A stretch of DNA of 64,000 nt from Promethearchaeota archaeon (GTDB lineage: Archaea; Asgardarchaeota; Lokiarchaeia; Sigyniarchaeales; SOKP01), in contig JAEOSU010000032.1 of assembly GCA_016840165.1 (NCBI GenBank), positions 74,680 to 138,679 on the forward strand, read 5' to 3'. The translations under genes were made by a program, and so were the position numbers. The notes under the pieces are model-generated. The model saw nothing but the letters and a program-made list of their open reading frames with translations, was not told the DNA's origin and ran no database searches. Shown here one piece after another: positions 39,290 to 48,335 of the stretch (the first letter of the stretch is position 1; the number at the start of each line of letters is the position of its first letter).

Positions 39290-39937
39290 ATGAAGAATTT
39301 AAAAAAAATCGTTCTGAAAGTACCTTTAGATCCAAAATCTAAGGTTTTCTTTGATCTATTAGAGAAATATGAATTACTTCAAATCCACCGACAAGATGAT
39401 GATCAAATCTTTGTAACCCAAAAGGTAAAATTTAAGGATTCTCAAATGCATCCGAAAATGTTAGAAAGCGATCGTTATGGGATGTCATATATAGAAGTAA
39501 TAGAAGAGGATAAGGCGAAAAACGAATACATCTTTTTTTCTAAACATAATTGGGTTAAGGAAACAAAAAAACTCCTCGATAAACATGACCTAATTATCGA
39601 TCCTCCTATTATTCTAGATAAAAATCGACTTTTAACAAGTATTATTACAGAAAGTAAAAATATTGATCAATTCGTTAATTCTCTAACTAACTTTTATAAA
39701 GGCAGATTGGAGATTCTAAGTATATCTCATATACCTCTGAACTATGAAAATCTGTTCTTAAAATTAACAGATCGTCAGAAAGAAATAGTATATTATGCTG
39801 TTCAACATGGATATTTTGAGATACCTCGCAAAATAAAATCAGAGAAAATCGCTGATCATTTTCAAATTACTCAAAGTGCTTTATATGACCATTTAAGGAA
39901 AATAGAAAGGACCATTTATCACTCAATATTTAATTAA
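39290..39937 (+). CDS. HTH_10 (bacterio-opsin activator-type) transcriptional regulator
   Basis: LTDRQKEIVYYAVQHGYFEIPRK...HLRKIE at the C-terminus. Confidence 0.85.
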   Translation: MKNLKKIVLKVPLDPKSKVFFDLLEKYELLQIHRQDDDQIFVTQKVKFKDSQMHPKMLESDRYGMSYIEVIEEDKAKNEYIFFSKHNWVKETKKLLDKHDLIIDPPIILDKNRLLTSIITESKNIDQFVNSLTNFYKGRLEILSISHIPLNYENLFLKLTDRQKEIVYYAVQHGYFEIPRKIKSEKIADHFQITQSALYDHLRKIERTIYHSIFN

Positions 39938-40116
39938 TTATTCTTGAATATGAATCAGATAATTTACAATCAAAAAGTAAACTATTTGGATATATTCATA
40001 CTTAATTCTTAAACACTTTTGTTAAAAATATGGTTATGAGATTTTTGATAAATAACTTTTAAATAAAATATAGATTTTTGAAATTATAATAGAATATGAT
40101 ATAAATAGAAATCATT

Positions 40117-41013
40117 ATGATGTTTGAAATTTTAAAGAGATATAAGTTATGGCTGATTATATGGATTATATTTATTGTTTTGTTTAATATATTGCTCCTT
40201 TTAAATGGGCAGCTTCTAGGATCTTTTACTATATATGCTGTCTTAACTCAAAATTTCTGGTTTGATATTGTCTTAATTTTTTCATTCATTCCAATTCTTT
40301 CAATACTTGCTTATTTCTTGGGAGGATATCTTTTTACACCACTCTTGATATTTCTTCATAAAAAGACAATTGGAAGGTCTTTTATTTATGGAATAGAAGA
40401 ACGTGAGCAACCAAAGTTGTTTAAGGGAGCCCTTCGTAAATCAGTTTTTCCAGCATTAATGGGTTTTAATATAGCAATTTTATTAAGTGACGAAACTGTG
40501 ATTCATAATTTCATTTTTACTCCAACATTCTTATCAGGAGTTCCTCCTGCTGTCTTACAAATTCTTACGATAACGATATTTCTTCCCCTTGTTTCTGCTA
40601 TTGGAATTGCAGCTTTTTCAGCTACTTTTTTCTTAATTGATTCCGGTATTAAATATACCAACAAAGAACAAAAGAAAGTAAGAAATGGTTCTTATCCAAT
40701 TGAGGTTAGATCGATTGGAACTTATTACTTATATTTTCTTAAAGGTTATGCCGGTATTTCTGTAATCATTAGTATCATTCAATTAATATCAAATTATATT
40801 GCTTCAATTCAAGATGTTGGCTCCATTATATACATTATCAATCTCATTCTTTGGCCATTAATGCCCTTAGTAATTGCGCTCTTTATGATTCCAGCTGTTA
40901 TTATTCAGGATGCCACTTTTAATAGTCGTAATAAGTTTGTAAGAAAATGGGCAGGAAAAATGAGTATTAGCGGAAAATTGGTAGATCCTCTAGGAAATAA
41001 AGAACAAATCTAA
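40117..41013 (+). CDS. Hypothetical polytopic membrane protein
   Basis: About 6 hydrophobic segments; no family recognised. Confidence 0.65.
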   Translation: MMFEILKRYKLWLIIWIIFIVLFNILLLLNGQLLGSFTIYAVLTQNFWFDIVLIFSFIPILSILAYFLGGYLFTPLLIFLHKKTIGRSFIYGIEEREQPKLFKGALRKSVFPALMGFNIAILLSDETVIHNFIFTPTFLSGVPPAVLQILTITIFLPLVSAIGIAAFSATFFLIDSGIKYTNKEQKKVRNGSYPIEVRSIGTYYLYFLKGYAGISVIISIIQLISNYIASIQDVGSIIYIINLILWPLMPLVIALFMIPAVIIQDATFNSRNKFVRKWAGKMSISGKLVDPLGNKEQI

Positions 41014-41077
41014 TATTAATTATAAAATATTCTTAGACATATTATTACAACAATAAATACGTAAGTAGGATGAAAAA

Positions 41078-41395
41078 ATGATAGCACGGATCTGGCATGG
41101 TTGGACTTCATTTGACAATGCTGATACCTATGAAGCTTTACTTAAAAAAGAGATTTTTCCATCAATTCAAAACCGAAATATAAAAGGATATCGAAAAATA
41201 AGTCTTTTAAAACGCCCTTTAGAAAATGAGGTGGAGTTTATCACAATAATGTTGTTTGATAATCTAAGTGCTATCAAGGAATTTGCAGGAAAGGATTATG
41301 AAAAATCTTATGTCCCAGATAAAGCGCAAAAAATTCTTTTAAGACATGACAAGTTTTCACAACATTATGAAATTATTAATGAATTTAATTACTAA
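41078..41395 (+). CDS. Dimeric alpha-beta barrel (ABM-like) protein
   Basis: MIARIWHGW...EVEFITIMLFD...AIKEFAG...HYE. Confidence 0.75.
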   Translation: MIARIWHGWTSFDNADTYEALLKKEIFPSIQNRNIKGYRKISLLKRPLENEVEFITIMLFDNLSAIKEFAGKDYEKSYVPDKAQKILLRHDKFSQHYEIINEFNY

Positions 41396-41399
41396 TTTA

Positions 41400-41765
41400 T
41401 TATTTTTTTTTCAAATTTTCTTTAACTCTAAACTCCACTATATTTCTTATAAGATCATAGGGTATAGGTTTGTTTAAAGGAAATTTAACCGAACCTTTCG
41501 CGACTTCATAAGCTGATAATTCATCTTTGAAGTGTTCAATACCTGAAGGTGTAGGATAAAATCCAATGTGGTTCTTATAAGCCGCAAAATGGACTAAATT
41601 TCCATTTAGTCTAAATGTTGGGATTTGATAGTTAATTGTCTCTTCAGCTTGTGGTGCCGCCTTCTTTATCACATCCCTCAGATTTTCTAAAATTTTTTGG
41701 ACATTTTCGGGAAATGTGCTGATATATTCATCAATAGTTTTAAATTGATTCTTTGTAGATGGCAT
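41400..41765 (-). CDS. DUF1801/YdhG-like protein
   Basis: TIDEYI, EETINYQIPTF, FAAYKNHIGFYP, KGSVKFP. Confidence 0.85.
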   Translation of the reverse strand: MPSTKNQFKTIDEYISTFPENVQKILENLRDVIKKAAPQAEETINYQIPTFRLNGNLVHFAAYKNHIGFYPTPSGIEHFKDELSAYEVAKGSVKFPLNKPIPYDLIRNIVEFRVKENLKKK

Positions 41766-41866
41766 GATGAATCATTACCTTTTTAATAATATAATGCTGA
41801 TTCCTATACTATATAAAATTAAAAAAGATCGAGAACTTAACTTTAAAAAAAGATTAATTAAAAAAA

Positions 41867-42382
41867 ATGAATTATATAGGCATTATTCTCGGTATTACAG
41901 TAATTATTATTGCGTATTTTACTCTTTGGCCTCTTATTAAAGGGGCACCCTGGGTTCCAACTCGAATGAAAAAGGTACGTCAAATGCTATCTGTGATTGA
42001 TATTCAGTCTGATGAAATTATTTACGATTTAGGTTGTGGAGATGGACGATTTATAGTAAGTGCAGTACGCAAGTTTAATGCAAAAGCTATAGGTATTGAA
42101 ATTAATCTTTTGCTTTATCTATGGTGTCAGTTATTAATAACATTCTTAGGTTTGCGAAGGAGAGTTAAAATTCGTTATGGCAATTTTTTTAAACTTGATC
42201 TGAGTGATGCGGATGTAGTAATATGCTATTTATTGCAAGAGACGAATGATAAATTGGAAGATAAACTTTTAAAAGAATTAAAGCCGACTGCCCGTGTAAT
42301 TTCAAATTCCTTTCTGTTTAATAAACTTCCAGTTGTTAATGAAGATGAAGATACTGGAATTTATATTTATAGGGTTAGATGA
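41867..42382 (+). CDS. Membrane-anchored SAM methyltransferase (FAM173/aKMT-like, possibly a protein-lysine methyltransferase)
   Basis: N-terminal TM, GAPWVPT, YDLGCGDGR, GIEIN, CYL, VISNSF. Confidence 0.72.
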   Translation: MNYIGIILGITVIIIAYFTLWPLIKGAPWVPTRMKKVRQMLSVIDIQSDEIIYDLGCGDGRFIVSAVRKFNAKAIGIEINLLLYLWCQLLITFLGLRRRVKIRYGNFFKLDLSDADVVICYLLQETNDKLEDKLLKELKPTARVISNSFLFNKLPVVNEDEDTGIYIYRVR

Positions 42383-42407
42383 GAAAATCAAATAAAATGA
42401 ATTTTCA

Positions 42408-43820
42408 TTAATGATATTCAATTGACACAGTATCAAGACGCTTAACCGCCACTTTCTTTTTTCCCCAAAGAATCTCTGCTTCTTTTACCCAATTCTCAAA
42501 ATTACTAGGCTTGTCAGGGTACTCTTCATAATGCTTTTTTATTTTTCCAGCAAGACCATTTGCCTGTAATAATCGTTTTATATGCTTAAAAGATAATTGT
42601 CTGCGGATTAAACCTCCTAAGATTTTAAATAGGAATTTTATCATCTCTCCAAATGTCATTTCCTCTTCATATTCTTTATTTGGTTCAGGAATATCCTCCC
42701 CTTCACCAGTTTGATAAATCAAATCTTTCTTTAAAAAGTAATTCCATTCCTTTTCATTAAAGTTTAACACACCTGATAATTGAGTGAAGAGACTTGCGAA
42801 TTTTGCTCCTTGATTTCTAAAGTATTTTGTATTTATCTCCCAGAGTACATCTCGACTCAACTCCTTTCCCATGTTTAAATTATCCGAGATTATATCTGAA
42901 GCAATCATACATAAAACCCAAGTTGCAGTTACTCCATGACCTGAAAAGGGATAAGTTATTGCGGCCGCATCTCCGATGCATAAAAGCTTATCTGCTACTA
43001 AAGAATAGGGTGGCCTCCGATAAGGAGTAGAACCTTGTTCCTTTTTTACCACTTCGTAAGGTGGAAGATCCATTCTATTCAAAAAGTCCTCACGTGCTAA
43101 TCGAGCATTTTCAAATGAGCCTGGTTGGCCAACCCCGAGAATGGCACCATTAGGGTCATAGGATGGACCAAACCACAATAACCACCATTGATAGCCTGTA
43201 TCTGGGGTTGGATGAGGCTCATCTGGATTCTCCCATTTAACATATTGTAACAGTACATACATGACGTCATTAGGACCTAACTCAAATGTTTCTATTCCAT
43301 AGCTTTCGGGAATAGAAGTTCGAATGACTGCTTTTTTTCCTGAAGCATCTATAATGAGTTTTGCTCGAATTTCGATAGATTCTTCGTCCTTTTCCGTAAT
43401 TACACCAGAAATTTGTCCATTATCAAATATCAACTTTTTAAATTCGCATGAAAACCATAATTCAGCTCCCTCTGATTCAAGAAGCTTATACATACGATAT
43501 AAGAATGGAGTTAACCTTACAATCGTTTGAAGTGCTCTAATTTTAATATTTGTTTTAAGATCAGGTGTAACTACTGTAGAATGCTCTCTAATTTCGATAC
43601 AATCGGGACTACCTACTTGAAAAGGTGGAATACCCGCTTTTTCAACTCTATCGGATTCAAAGTGAATAACATCTAATCTCTTTCCTACTTGTTCTCTTTT
43701 ATCTTTTTCAATAATGATGACGGACAATCCTTTTTTTGCAAGAAGCCATCCCATGTAAGAACCAGCAGTTCCAGCGCCTACAATGAGTATATCACACTTT
43801 TCTGTCACTTTTTCTTTCAC
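42408..43820 (-). CDS. FAD-dependent oxidoreductase, geranylgeranyl reductase-like
   Basis: IVGAGTAG, IDASG, IGDAA..TYPFSGHG. Confidence 0.75.
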   Translation of the reverse strand: MKEKVTEKCDILIVGAGTAGSYMGWLLAKKGLSVIIIEKDKREQVGKRLDVIHFESDRVEKAGIPPFQVGSPDCIEIREHSTVVTPDLKTNIKIRALQTIVRLTPFLYRMYKLLESEGAELWFSCEFKKLIFDNGQISGVITEKDEESIEIRAKLIIDASGKKAVIRTSIPESYGIETFELGPNDVMYVLLQYVKWENPDEPHPTPDTGYQWWLLWFGPSYDPNGAILGVGQPGSFENARLAREDFLNRMDLPPYEVVKKEQGSTPYRRPPYSLVADKLLCIGDAAAITYPFSGHGVTATWVLCMIASDIISDNLNMGKELSRDVLWEINTKYFRNQGAKFASLFTQLSGVLNFNEKEWNYFLKKDLIYQTGEGEDIPEPNKEYEEEMTFGEMIKFLFKILGGLIRRQLSFKHIKRLLQANGLAGKIKKHYEEYPDKPSNFENWVKEAEILWGKKKVAVKRLDTVSIEYH

Positions 43821-43978
43821 TCCTAACTTTTTTTCATTCTATTTTTAATTATATATAAGTGTTAATACAACTTATAGTTAAAGACTTCTCATCCATTCAA
43901 ATTATTAAAAATCACTTTGTAATTTATGGAATGAGCTAACAAGTATTTCTCTTCAGATAATTAAAAGATTTATGCTTG

Positions 43979-44176
43979 TTATCTTAGATCTAAAATGCCA
44001 AAATGATATTCACGTGAGTATTGGTTGCATCTTAAACAATAATATATAGGAGGTTTATTCTTAGGGGTATGTAAGACTCTTTCCATTTTTCCACCGCATA
44101 TCGGACAGAATTTTTCGTGTTCTTTCTTTTCTGAAGTAATAAACCAATTTGGTTTTATTCTGGTTTTAGCTTCCAT
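43979..44176 (-). CDS. Small zinc-ribbon protein
   Basis: CPICGG...YYCLRC in 65 aa; fills an otherwise empty intergenic space. Confidence 0.55.
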   Translation of the reverse strand: MEAKTRIKPNWFITSEKKEHEKFCPICGGKMERVLHTPKNKPPIYYCLRCNQYSREYHFGILDLR

Positions 44177-44299
44177 AATTATGAATTATGAAAAATGATA
44201 AAAGAATGTTTGCATTTGATCAGAAGAATGATCAGGATCAGTAATATAGATTTATAAATAATAATTAGAGTCCTTGTAAACAGTTTTTATAATTAATCT

Positions 44300-45553
44300 T
44301 TATTTTATGATTTGATTAATGATTGCCACCGCTTGATCAACCCCATTTTCTTCTTGGATTTTTTTTCCAAGAACACTTGCTTGTTCTTGCATTTCTTGAT
44401 CCGTGCTCACTTTTTCGATCGCTTTCACAAGTCGATTAATGGTTAAATTTTTACGTGGAATTGGAGCAGGTCCAACATTCAATTTATTTACAAGATGCCC
44501 CCAGAAAGGTTGATCCCCATGGTATGGAATAATAATAGATGGAATTCCTGCCCTAAGACCAGCAGCTGTAGTTCCCGCACCACCATGGTGAATTACAGCC
44601 TTAACTTTTGAGAATAACCAAGCGTGGGGAACTAAATCCACTATTATGATGGAATCTGGTAAGTTTTGCCCCGATAATCCTCCCCAACCCGAATATATTA
44701 CTGCACGTTCATTAGTTTTTTCCAAGGTTTTAATGATTAAATCAGTAAATTCTTCTGGTTTTTGGCTACTCATACTCCCAAATCCAATGTATAATGGGGA
44801 AGGTTCCGTTTGAAGAAATTTTTCTAAATCCTGAGGAGGAGTCCAATTTTCTGGGGGATCTACAAACCAAAAACCAGTGAGATGAATATTATCAGACCAA
44901 TCCTCTGGTCGAGTAAAAACTGATGGACTTATGCCGTAGATAATAGGATCGTTTTTCAGTGATTCAGATTTAAATGGCCCAAAAAAGGGAGATTTTTTTA
45001 ATTTAAGTATATCTTCTCTCACTATTTTATCTGTTGGTCTATAAGCCTGCCATACCATTTGCTGAGTAAGACGATGTGAAAACCGATATCCAAGCCAAGA
45101 GGGAAATTTAGGAAAAAGAGCTCCAGAAAATAATTTGGTTGGAGTAAAAGGGATATTATAGGCTTGAACAAAGGGAATATTTAACTTTTCTGAGACTGAA
45201 TGAGCTGTGAATAGACCGCTTATTCCTGCCATTATCATATCCACTCCTTGGCAAGCATCTAAACTTCTTTCTACTAATAACGCCGCGTTTTTTTTGAGTT
45301 CCTCTCCCATTCGAGCCATAGATCTTAGAAGCTTACCGCTCTCTAACGCTTCGCGCATTTTCTCAGTTCTAATAATATCTTCCATACTAACTTCAATTGG
45401 CCAAAATTCTAACCCGTGCAATTTAACTTGTTCTTCATAATTTTGGTTAGATACTAATCGTACTTTTTTTCCATCATTTAATAAGCCTTTTCCAAGGGCG
45501 AGGAAAGGTTGAACATCTCCTTGGCTTCCCGGAGCAATTATCGTTATTTGCAT
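44300..45553 (-). CDS. GT1 glycosyltransferase, sterol 3-beta-glucosyltransferase-like
   Basis: GSQGDVQP, YIGFGSM, VPHAWLF, HHGGAGTTAAGLRAG, DQPFWG. Confidence 0.88.
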   Translation of the reverse strand: MQITIIAPGSQGDVQPFLALGKGLLNDGKKVRLVSNQNYEEQVKLHGLEFWPIEVSMEDIIRTEKMREALESGKLLRSMARMGEELKKNAALLVERSLDACQGVDMIMAGISGLFTAHSVSEKLNIPFVQAYNIPFTPTKLFSGALFPKFPSWLGYRFSHRLTQQMVWQAYRPTDKIVREDILKLKKSPFFGPFKSESLKNDPIIYGISPSVFTRPEDWSDNIHLTGFWFVDPPENWTPPQDLEKFLQTEPSPLYIGFGSMSSQKPEEFTDLIIKTLEKTNERAVIYSGWGGLSGQNLPDSIIIVDLVPHAWLFSKVKAVIHHGGAGTTAAGLRAGIPSIIIPYHGDQPFWGHLVNKLNVGPAPIPRKNLTINRLVKAIEKVSTDQEMQEQASVLGKKIQEENGVDQAVAIINQIIK

Positions 45554-45744
45554 AATAATACCATATTAATAATTGTATACTTAAAAATTAATCTCGCTTG
45601 CTTATTAAAATAATTCAGCTGGATGCGAAATTACTTCATAGAATATCAAAAACCATTAGATTTAATTACTTTTTCATCTTAAATCTAGATTTGTACAAAA
45701 TTGTATATTCAATTAATTCGAAATCCTACAAGGTGAAGAAAAAT

Positions 45745-46068
45745 ATGCCATATATAGTTGTGACAACCTGGTCTCCCCTCACTAAAGGGAAAGAAATTAT
45801 AGATATCTATGCTCAGATTAGAAAAAAATTCCCTGTGGATAAAAATTTAACTAAGGAACTTATTCAAGGAATACTCAAGGTGGAAGGAGATAAATCAAAA
45901 AGTATATCCATAAGCAAGGTGAAAGAAGGAATGATGGATAAAGCACTACTCCGACAGCAAGAAGCGATGGCCCCATTTCATGATGTCGAGGGATTTAAAT
46001 ATTCTATTGATGTGTATTTTGATTTTCCTGAAACATTTACCATGATTGGAAAGCAAGCACCCGATTAA
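45745..46068 (+). CDS. Hypothetical protein (107 aa)
   Basis: ATG 45745 is preceded by AGGTGA (45731-45736). The longer TTG-started 45598 version is probably an over-extension. Confidence 0.7.
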   Translation: MPYIVVTTWSPLTKGKEIIDIYAQIRKKFPVDKNLTKELIQGILKVEGDKSKSISISKVKEGMMDKALLRQQEAMAPFHDVEGFKYSIDVYFDFPETFTMIGKQAPD

Positions 46069-46103
46069 ATCAAGAAAATATGTTACCAACTATTTAATTT
46101 TAA

Positions 46104-46119
46104 TTTTTTTTTTTTTTTT
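46104..46119 (+). terminator. Oligo-T (T16) archaeal-type terminator
   Basis: Run of 16 T between convergent genes. Confidence 0.5.
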
Positions 46120-46150
46120 ATTATGCTATTCTACAAACATATTCCTAAAT

Positions 46151-46972
46151 TTACTTACCAATAAAAATTGGTTCTCTTTTTTCTTTTAATGCTTTTAAAG
46201 ATTCATTGAAGTCCTTACTACGTATTGCTTTACTCCAAACTTTATTTTCCAAATCTAATTGAGTTTCAATAATCTCCCGAAAGTATGAGTGCATCGTCTT
46301 TTTCATTAACTTAATCGATAGGGCTGGTCCTTGAGGAGGAATAAGTCTTAGCGCTTGCTTTCGAGCATAGGACATTAATTCACCTTCGGGAAGTACTTTA
46401 TTTACAAGACCTAGTTTTTCTGCATCTTGAGCTGTCATTCGATCTCCAAAATAGAAGAGTTCTTTAGCTTTATTGATACCAATCATGTATGGTAAAAGAA
46501 TAGTAGTCGCGAAATCGGGCATAACTGCTCTTTTTACAAAGTACAATGCCCACCATGCATCTTCTGCCATATAAACTAAATCTGAACAGATTACTGGAAG
46601 GGTAAAGCCCCCTCCTACAGCAAAACCATTGATTACGGAGATTACAGGTTTGGGAAAATCCCAAAACTTTAGACATAATCTTTTTGATGCCATATCTCTT
46701 AAATTAATTTCTACGCGAAAATTCTTTGGTATATTTTTTACCATATCTTCCAAGAAATAACCTCCCGAAGAAAATGCTCCTGCTTCTTTTGAACCAGTAA
46801 GAATCACAACGCCGATTGTGTTATCTTTTTCTGCATGATCTATGGCATACCAAAGTTCTAATAATCCTAATGGGGAAAGTGCATTTTTTTTTTCAGGCCA
46901 GTTGAGAGTAATGGTTAATATTCCATTTTCCTCTTTTTCATATTTAATTTGCCTAAAATCTTTTATCAACAT
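46151..46972 (-). CDS. Crotonase superfamily enoyl-CoA hydratase/isomerase (PaaG/ECI-like)
   Basis: PEKKNAL, FSSGG, PKPVISVINGFAVGGG, MPD, AEKLGLVN, EKREPIFIG. Confidence 0.85.
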   Translation of the reverse strand: MLIKDFRQIKYEKEENGILTITLNWPEKKNALSPLGLLELWYAIDHAEKDNTIGVVILTGSKEAGAFSSGGYFLEDMVKNIPKNFRVEINLRDMASKRLCLKFWDFPKPVISVINGFAVGGGFTLPVICSDLVYMAEDAWWALYFVKRAVMPDFATTILLPYMIGINKAKELFYFGDRMTAQDAEKLGLVNKVLPEGELMSYARKQALRLIPPQGPALSIKLMKKTMHSYFREIIETQLDLENKVWSKAIRSKDFNESLKALKEKREPIFIGK

Positions 46973-47060
46973 TAATTCAAGAAATCAGTGAAAAAATAAT
47001 TATTTTTTTAATTCTTTTTAATGAGATATAAGAAAAAATAGGAGTATAAAAAAGTTAAAG

Positions 47061-48254
47061 CTACTTTTGGTAGGCATTCCACTTTTCTTCTAAATTAGGG
47101 TCGATAAGTGTGTCCATAATATACTTTGCGTATTTTTCTCCTGTAGCACCCGTATCTCTTCCCGTCATCTTTAACTTCCTTTCATAAGTAGCACAGATAT
47201 CTAATGCCATTTCAAGCTTCTTAGCTTTTTTCACGAAACCAATATGATTGATAAGAAGAGCGGCGGCTTTTATGATGCTTGAAGGGTCTGCATATTGAAT
47301 TCGTCCCGTTTCTACCATTCTGGGGGCTGTTCCATGGATTGCCTCGAACATTGAATATCGCTTGCCAATGTTTGCACTACCGGCAGTCCCAACACCTCCC
47401 TGTATCTGAGCGGCTTCATCGGTGACAATATCTCCATATAAGTTCGGTGCAACGATTACCTTAAAGTCTCTTTGACGCGCAGGGTCAACTAGCTTAGCTG
47501 TCATGATGTCGATGTACCAATCATCCCAATTAACTTCAGGATACTCTTTCGCAATTTTCTCCGCCATTGCAAGGAATTTCCCGTCAGTTCTCTTTACAAC
47601 ATTTGCTTTAGTTACCACTGATACTCGATTGATATCATTTTTCTTAGCATAATCAAACGCAAGCCGAATAATTCTATCCGAACCTTGAGTAGTAATTACT
47701 TTAAAGTCAATGGCCAAGTCATCGGTTACATCAATTCCTTTAGATCCTAAGACGTATGCTCCTTCTGTATTCTCCCTAAAAAACATCCAGTCAATGCCTA
47801 ATTCTGGAACTTTTACTGGTCGAACATTTGCAAAAAGATCTAACTCCCTTCGCATCGTAACATTCGCACTTTCGATATTAGGCCAACCATCACCCTTTCT
47901 GGGCGTATGTGTGGGTCCCTTCAAAATGACATGACATTCTTTTAGTTGTTTTAAAACGTCATCTGGGATTGCTTTCATTTCCTTTGCTCTATTCTCAATT
48001 GTTAAACCTTCAATATCCCGTATTTCTACTTTTGCACTATCAATCTCTTCTTTCAACAGAAACTCCATGATGTGACGAGCATGTCTAGTTATTTCAGGAC
48101 CAATTCCATCTCCACCAGCAACACCTACAATTATTTTATCTATTTTAGAATAGTCTATCCAATCTCCAGCACTTTTTAGTGCCTCCACTCGTTCTAACTG
48201 TTCTTTTACAAGTTGTTCAAAATGGGTTTTTGCTTTTTCAATAATATCATTCAT
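47061..48254 (-). CDS. icd: Isocitrate dehydrogenase (IDH/IPMDH family)
   Basis: GDGIGPEI, LKGPTHTP, SANVTMRRELDLFANVRP, RENTEG.Y, TKANVVK, NLYGDIVTD, FEAIHGTAP; directly downstream of aclBA. Confidence 0.8.
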   Translation of the reverse strand: MNDIIEKAKTHFEQLVKEQLERVEALKSAGDWIDYSKIDKIIVGVAGGDGIGPEITRHARHIMEFLLKEEIDSAKVEIRDIEGLTIENRAKEMKAIPDDVLKQLKECHVILKGPTHTPRKGDGWPNIESANVTMRRELDLFANVRPVKVPELGIDWMFFRENTEGAYVLGSKGIDVTDDLAIDFKVITTQGSDRIIRLAFDYAKKNDINRVSVVTKANVVKRTDGKFLAMAEKIAKEYPEVNWDDWYIDIMTAKLVDPARQRDFKVIVAPNLYGDIVTDEAAQIQGGVGTAGSANIGKRYSMFEAIHGTAPRMVETGRIQYADPSSIIKAAALLINHIGFVKKAKKLEMALDICATYERKLKMTGRDTGATGEKYAKYIMDTLIDPNLEEKWNAYQK

Positions 48255-48335
48255 TCTAAATTGCCTTTTTATTTTGATATATTTTTTTTCTAATTTTGTA
48301 TAGTATATTATTTTTGACTTTATAAAAAAAAGATT

